A stretch of DNA of 31,096 nucleotides from a candidate division WOR-3 bacterium (GTDB lineage: Bacteria > Hydrothermota > Tepidihabitantia > Tepidihabitantales > DTDR01): contig JBDRVN010000015.1 in NCBI GenBank assembly GCA_039801885.1, positions 1-31,096 of the forward strand, written 5' to 3'. Of this stretch, positions 26,069 through 31,096 are shown in pieces (position 1 is the stretch's first letter; each line of letters opens with the position of its first letter). The notes beneath the pieces were generated by a model. It had not been told where the DNA came from. It was given only the letters and a program-made list of their open reading frames with translations, and ran no database searches. The position numbers and the translations under genes were made by a program.

Positions 26069-26566
26069 ATGGTTGGTCGATTTCAGGTAATGGCGGTTTT
26101 ACAGGCAGCGCGGGCATATCTTTTGGGTTTGCCAATTGAGAGTGCGAAAAGTTGGGGACTTAATCGGGCGATATTTTATGCGGCAGCCAAGAAAGGATTT
26201 CTAAAATTAAGACCAAAAATAGCAAAACCACCAAGTTTTAAAATAATCCTGCCCAAAGAGAAATTAGAGAAGATAAAGAAATCTTTTAAAATATACCATC
26301 TTGGTGACGAAATGGCTTATTCGGTTGAGATTGATGGTAAAATCTTTTTTACGATCGGTGATGAAATCCAAAAATTAGAAGATTTTGAGAAGCAGATAGA
26401 AAAAAGATTTGGCAAAAATTTCCAAAAGGCTTGGGAAGAGGCATTAGCGATTTTAAAGAAATATGACAAAGGAATTTTATCTTCCCAAAGATATTTTTAT
26501 GAGACTGTTTACAAACCAAGAAGGGACGAACTGGCAAAGAAATGGAGTGAATTGGCAAAAGAATAG
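26069..26566 (+). CDS. Conserved-looking hypothetical protein, basic, cytoplasmic
   Basis: Clean 165-aa ORF with its own promoter. The low-Lys, Ala/Arg-rich N-terminal block RFQVMAVLQAARA..AKSWGLNRAIFYAAAK and C-terminal FYETVYKPRRD look like conserved motifs; no family recognised. Confidence 0.75.
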   Translation: MVGRFQVMAVLQAARAYLLGLPIESAKSWGLNRAIFYAAAKKGFLKLRPKIAKPPSFKIILPKEKLEKIKKSFKIYHLGDEMAYSVEIDGKIFFTIGDEIQKLEDFEKQIEKRFGKNFQKAWEEALAILKKYDKGILSSQRYFYETVYKPRRDELAKKWSELAKE

Positions 26567-26567
26567 A

Positions 26568-28733
26568 TTATTTCTTATATCTGAACTCCCTGCCAATAGT
26601 AGTAATAAATTGAAACTTAGTTTTCTCCTTTTTTCCGAAATTACCGATACCAAAGATAAAGTTTAATGGACCAATTGGTGTGTTAGTTTTTATTCCAGTT
26701 CCTGCTCCCCAATGAAAAGTTTCTTTAATTTCTTTTTCGCTCAACTTATCTAATCTTTCAAAGGCGCCAATATTAAAAATCATTTGCCAATATAAAGGAT
26801 AATCTTCTTGTTTGAAGAGATTAATAATTTTAAAATCAAAACCAAATTTTAATATATTTTTATATTTGGTAGTAAACTCTTCCTTCTCAAAACCAATAAA
26901 ATTTTCACCACCGCTATAAAAATATTCAGCAAAAGCCAAATCTAAAAGACTAAATCCAAAATCAAAGGAATAATAAAAAAGAGCAAAAGAATTTAAAGGG
27001 ATTATTCTTTGGTAAAATATTTCTAATCGAAGAAAATTATTATTCGCCTTCATTTTTTTACTGCTTAATAAGGTACTTATCCGAAAATTCTCTCCTTTTT
27101 TTGGTAAGAAAAGATTATCAAAATTATTATATTCTATTTTGAAATTAGGACCGATTACCCATTCCTTTTTTGGAAAGGAATCAGCAAAGGGAATTTTATA
27201 GATATTTTTTTCTGTTTTTATCCCAATATTAAAAAAGGCATCTTTACCTAAGATATAGCCAATTTCCGAAATACCACCAAAATATTTAATATTATAACTT
27301 CCTTGCCATTTATTTTCTTGAAAATAACTACGATTTAAAGAACCATAAAAGCCATCAATTCGGTAGCCAAAAGGAAATTGAAATAATCTTGTGCCAATAA
27401 GCCCCATTCTTATTTCATTAGGATTACCTAAATTAAACCCAGTCCTTAAACTAGCACCAGTACCTAAAATATTTCCTTCGCCCATCTCTAAACCAAGAAT
27501 AATATTATCATAAATATCATATCTTAATCCCAAAGAATAAAATCCAAAAGCCTTCTCCTTTAATTCAAAAATTACATCGCAGGTATCGTCATTAACAAAT
27601 TCTAAACGATAATCAACCTCTTCAAAAAGATTCGTATGAAAAAGATAAGTTAGGTCTTTAAGCAAGTCAGCAAAATTTAATCTATTATTAGCGACTGTTC
27701 TTAATCTTCCTTTAAATAAATAGGGTTTTGTCCTTTTTAGACCTTCGAATTTTATCTGGCGGACAAAGGGTAATTCCCTTTTTTTAATTTGGTTTCTTTT
27801 ATTGAATAGTATCTTGTCTTTTAATTTCTCTTTGATTTCCGGCAAGACTTTTTGGCAGGCACTTTCACCAACGGCAATCAATTCTTTTACCCGATAAAAA
27901 TCAGAATGGGAAAAATTTTCAACATCCGGTTCAATTACAATATCCGCCAATTTTTTCTCTTTTTCCAAATCTTCTTCGGTAACAATCTCAATACTTCTTG
28001 AGACAATATCAATCAAAGAGCCTCCGGTTTCTTTCATTTTCTTTTTAGTTACAACAGCAATAATAAAATCAGGTGTAAATTCTAAAAGGGGTTCAACCGG
28101 TAAATACTCTTTAACTCCGCCGTCCACATACTCTTCGCCATCAATAATCTCTGGTGGAAAGACACCAGGAATTGCGATACTTGCCCTAATTGCCTTAGTT
28201 AATCTTCCCTTTTTTAATGCTATCTTTTCACCGGTTCTTAAATTCACGGCAACTGCCCGATAAGGGATTGGTAAACTATCAAAATCATAATAAGTATAAT
28301 ACTCAATTTCCGAAAGAAGTTTTACCAAAAGAAACTCAACATTTTGTAAGGGAATTAGACCACCGGGTAAATAGGGAATGAAATTTTTATGGTTAAGATT
28401 TAAAAAATATCTATTTCTTAATTGCCTTTCGGGTAAATATTGGCTACCAAAAGGAAGAACATTAGAAAATAATTCCTGCCAATTGACACTTAAAGCAATG
28501 CTTTCAATTTGGAAAGCAGAATAGCCGCAAGCGTACACACCACCAACCAAAGAACCCATACTATTACCAGTAATAAAAGAAATAGGAATCCCTTCTCTTT
28601 CTAATACTTTTAAAACACCAATATGTGCCAAACCTAACGCCGCACCACCAGAAAGGGCTAAACCAATTTTAATCTCTTGGCAATAACCGATTATAAAGAT
28701 AAAAAGAAAAAGTAAAAGAAATTTATTTCTCAT
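26568..28733 (-). CDS. Patatin-like phospholipase - POTRA - Omp85 barrel fusion (PlpD-like, type Vd secretion)
   Basis: Signal peptide; LALSGGAALGLAHIG, catalytic GNSMG, RASIAIPG, VDGG; one POTRA (IKFEGLKRTK...VIFELKEK); barrel with GEGNILGTG, YSGG..FIG, TPIGPL, TIGREF. Confidence 0.88.
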   Translation of the reverse strand: MRNKFLLLFLFIFIIGYCQEIKIGLALSGGAALGLAHIGVLKVLEREGIPISFITGNSMGSLVGGVYACGYSAFQIESIALSVNWQELFSNVLPFGSQYLPERQLRNRYFLNLNHKNFIPYLPGGLIPLQNVEFLLVKLLSEIEYYTYYDFDSLPIPYRAVAVNLRTGEKIALKKGRLTKAIRASIAIPGVFPPEIIDGEEYVDGGVKEYLPVEPLLEFTPDFIIAVVTKKKMKETGGSLIDIVSRSIEIVTEEDLEKEKKLADIVIEPDVENFSHSDFYRVKELIAVGESACQKVLPEIKEKLKDKILFNKRNQIKKRELPFVRQIKFEGLKRTKPYLFKGRLRTVANNRLNFADLLKDLTYLFHTNLFEEVDYRLEFVNDDTCDVIFELKEKAFGFYSLGLRYDIYDNIILGLEMGEGNILGTGASLRTGFNLGNPNEIRMGLIGTRLFQFPFGYRIDGFYGSLNRSYFQENKWQGSYNIKYFGGISEIGYILGKDAFFNIGIKTEKNIYKIPFADSFPKKEWVIGPNFKIEYNNFDNLFLPKKGENFRISTLLSSKKMKANNNFLRLEIFYQRIIPLNSFALFYYSFDFGFSLLDLAFAEYFYSGGENFIGFEKEEFTTKYKNILKFGFDFKIINLFKQEDYPLYWQMIFNIGAFERLDKLSEKEIKETFHWGAGTGIKTNTPIGPLNFIFGIGNFGKKEKTKFQFITTIGREFRYKK

Positions 28734-28738
28734 TAAAA

Positions 28739-28797
28739 ATTATACAATAAAAAAATAGGAAATCAAACTTGACAAAAAAGAAAATTTATTTTATTTT
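28739..28797. promoter_or_regulatory. Back-to-back divergent leaderless sigma70 promoters
   Basis: Minus strand: TTGATT(28766-28761)-16-TATAAT(28744-28739)-5 nt-ATG28733. Plus strand: TTGACA(28769-28774)-17-TATTTT(28792-28797)-6 nt-ATG28804. Confidence 0.65.
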
Positions 28798-28803
28798 TAA
28801 TAG

Positions 28804-30342
28804 ATGAAACTTAAAGAAGTTGTTTTGTTGGCAGAAAGATTGAAAGGGATAAGTAGTATTAATGAGAAGGTTTCTTTGCTTTCTTCTTTTTTAAAAAGAG
28901 TAGATAAGGAAGAGGGGAAAGTGGTTGTTGCCTTATTAATCGGTGAAAATCCCTATGGAAAAGTTGGACTTGGTTATCAAAGTTTAAAAAATTTACTTGT
29001 TTTAAAAGAAGATAATGAAAGTGTTGAAGTTTCCGAGATTGATAAAATTTTAAAAGAGTTAAAGAAAATAAAAGGTAGCGATTCTTTATATCGGAAGTTA
29101 AATATCTTGTATTATCTCTTTAGAAAATTGGATGATAAAGAAAGGGAATATTTGGTAAATTTTTTAATTGGCGAAATAAAGATTGGTGCTAATAAAGGAA
29201 TAATTAAAAAGGCAATTGCTAAAACCTTTCAAATCTCAGAAGATATTCTTGATGAGATAATCTTGAAAAAGGGAGATTTCTTACAGGTAATAGAGGGAAT
29301 TTTTAAGGAAGGGAAAAATTATATAGAAAAAACGGATTTTGAGATATTTCAGCCTTTTTCACCGATGCTTGCTAATATTATCTATTCGCTTGATGAGCTT
29401 CCCAAAGAGAAATTAGCCTGCGAATATAAGATAGATGGTATTAGAATTTTCCTTCATAAAAAAGATAAAGAGGTAAAAATCTTTTCTCGCCATTTAAAAG
29501 ATATTACCAATAATCTTTTTGAGATTGCTGAATATTTTAGTGAGATTAACGGTGATTTTGTTTTGGATGGTGAAGTAGTTTTATTAGATAAAGAGAATAA
29601 GATTTTACCTTTTCAAGATATGATGAAGATTATCAGTAGAAAAGAGCGAGAAAGATTTGAAAATATTAGACCTTTCTTTTTTGATATTTTATATAAAAAT
29701 GGTGAGAAGTTATTTGGAATTCCTAATAAAGAGAGATGGCAGATTTTAAGCAAAACCATTCCTAATAATCTTTTGATTGAAAGGATTGAGACCGATGATA
29801 AAGATAAAATAAAGAGATTTTATGAAGAGAGTATTAAAAGGGGAAACGAAGGGATAATGATAAAGAAATTAGATTCTCCTTATTTTATTGGTAGTAGAAA
29901 GAAATATTGGCTTAAATTGAAAAATTTTTATCCCTTAGATTTGGTAATTTTAGAAGCCGAATGGGGACACGGCAGAAGGAAAGGCTGGCTTTCCAATTTT
30001 TTACTTGGCTGTCTTAATAGGGAAAGAAATAATTTCTTACCTTTAGGAAAAACCTTTAAAGGTTTAAGCGATAAAGAATTTACTGAGATAACGAAAATTC
30101 TTCTAACTAAGAAGATAGAAGATAAAGAATGGGGGATAATTGTTAGACCGGAAATAGTTGTTGAAGTCTTCTTTTCCGAGATAGAAAAATCACCTTTTTA
30201 TGAAAGTGGTTATGCCTTAAGATTTGCTCGCATAAATAGAATAAGATACGATAAAAACCCCTATGAGATAGCAACCATTGATGAAATAATAAGAATCTTT
30301 GAAGAAGAAAGAAAAAAGAAAGGAGAGATAGATATATTTTAA
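28804..30342 (+). CDS. lig: ATP-dependent DNA ligase (archaeal/LigB-like, three-domain)
   Basis: N-terminal DNA-binding domain; PMLA, EYKIDGIR, FSR, LDGE, FFFDILY, EGIMIK, WLKLK, DLVIL.AEWGHGRRKG, GKTFKGLSD, motif VI LRFARINRIRYDK. Confidence 0.95.
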   Translation: MKLKEVVLLAERLKGISSINEKVSLLSSFLKRVDKEEGKVVVALLIGENPYGKVGLGYQSLKNLLVLKEDNESVEVSEIDKILKELKKIKGSDSLYRKLNILYYLFRKLDDKEREYLVNFLIGEIKIGANKGIIKKAIAKTFQISEDILDEIILKKGDFLQVIEGIFKEGKNYIEKTDFEIFQPFSPMLANIIYSLDELPKEKLACEYKIDGIRIFLHKKDKEVKIFSRHLKDITNNLFEIAEYFSEINGDFVLDGEVVLLDKENKILPFQDMMKIISRKERERFENIRPFFFDILYKNGEKLFGIPNKERWQILSKTIPNNLLIERIETDDKDKIKRFYEESIKRGNEGIMIKKLDSPYFIGSRKKYWLKLKNFYPLDLVILEAEWGHGRRKGWLSNFLLGCLNRERNNFLPLGKTFKGLSDKEFTEITKILLTKKIEDKEWGIIVRPEIVVEVFFSEIEKSPFYESGYALRFARINRIRYDKNPYEIATIDEIIRIFEEERKKKGEIDIF

Positions 30343-30351
30343 ATTAAATTA

Positions 30352-30380
30352 TTGACAAAGAATTTTTTGATGTATATAAT
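30352..30380 (+). promoter_or_regulatory. Consensus sigma70 promoter (TTGACA-17-TATAAT)
   Basis: Perfect consensus followed by a leader with AGGAGG before ATG 30408. Confidence 0.8.
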
Positions 30381-30407
30381 GGAACTAAGAATTAAAAGGA
30401 GGAGAAG

Positions 30408-31041
30408 ATGAGAGCAAAGATTTTTATTTTGTTGCTGTTCTTTTTAAGTCTTGGTTTTTCTCAGGTAGAAAGGTGGGTTTATCGGTATAATGGACCACAA
30501 AATGGTAATGATTTCGCTAAGGCAATTGTCCAAGATAATCAAGGTAATCTTTATATTGCCGGTAGCGACGGTGATTTCATTGTTATTAGTTTAACTTCGG
30601 ATGGCGAAGAACGTTGGATTTATCGTTATAATGGAACTGCCAATAGTGATGATGGCGCTAACTCAATAATTTATGGTATTGATGGTAATCTTTATATCTG
30701 TGGCTACACCACAAATAATCAAACCAATATTGATTTTACAGTAATAAGTTTAGAACCTTTGCCCACAATTGAAGAAAGGAAATCAATTTCTCTTCATAAA
30801 TTAAAAATCAATAATTTTGGTAGAGAGATTGAACTTATCTTTAATCTTTCCCAAATCAATGAAAATACCAGTTAGTATTTATGATCCTTTGGGAAAAAAG
30901 ATTTTATCTTTTGATATTAATGGTAAAGAGGGCGTTTTTTCCTATAAAAAAGATTTGTCTAATATGCCACCAGGAATCTATCTCTTACGGGTAGAAATTG
31001 GTAATAAAATATTGAATAGAAAACTCATAATATTGAAATAA
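30408..31041 (+). pseudogene. Frameshifted secreted SBBP-like propeller-repeat protein with T9SS-type C-terminal domain
   Basis: ORF 30408-30875 has a signal peptide and two ERW(V/I)YRYNG..D.A..I....GNLYI.G repeats. The CTD (VSIYDPLGK...PPGIYLLRV...RKLIILK) continues in the +1 frame. Removing one T at CTTTCCC (30846-30852) gives a continuous ...IFNLPKSMKIPVSIYD... Confidence 0.75.
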
Positions 31042-31096
31042 TTAGTTAAGAAAGTCTTATAGTGATAAGATAATAATAAGTCTTAATACATTATTG

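Noticed and set aside
11118-26666. Remaining small overlapping ORFs (11118.., 15949.., 18361.., 22505.., 23779.., 23835.., 24133.., 24297.., 25002.., 25281.., 26349.., 26463..)
   Set aside because: Alternate-frame or antisense by-products of real genes; those in 23.8-25.5 kb recur simply because the host gene is repetitive.
31042-31096. TCTTAT-AGTG-ATAAGA inverted repeat and repeated AAGTCTTA at the window end
   Set aside because: Short, AT-only and cut off by the window edge; cannot be distinguished from chance.

Overview
This is a 31 kb, very AT-rich, gene-dense bacterial chromosomal window from a diderm organism. The T9SS-type C-terminal sorting domains, the 'YLVVWED' and 'ERWVYRYNG' propeller proteins and the Lys/Glu/Ile-rich proteome suggest a thermophilic WOR-3/FCB-like lineage (inference). 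Left to right it contains: (i) two related secreted proteins, a tandemly duplicated chaperone-like Ig protein and a secretin, a candidate usher-less 'chaperone-secretin' surface-assembly locus; (ii) rmuC; (iii) a phosphatase-BNR-CTD secreted enzyme; (iv) a tal-tkt-aminotransferase operon whose transketolase lacks the catalytic GxDGxTHQ segment; (v) MFS, GH-like and nitroreductase genes, ktrB, ompA-like, folE2-dppA; (vi) a candidate UV/nucleic-acid repair locus with an adenylation-domain-only ligase, a TudS-DUF1722 (RudS-like) protein, a CPD photolyase and a 164-aa minimal Pol X; (vii) a 14-repeat propeller CTD protein, a conserved hypothetical, a PlpD-like patatin-POTRA-barrel protein, a full-length ATP-dependent DNA ligase and a frameshifted CTD protein. 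About 11 transcription units have a sigma70 promoter whose -10 box lies only 5-9 nt upstream of an SD-less start codon, pointing to pervasive leaderless mRNAs. I saw no rRNA, tRNA, CRISPR array or mobile element. All family calls are by eye from motifs; no searches were run.
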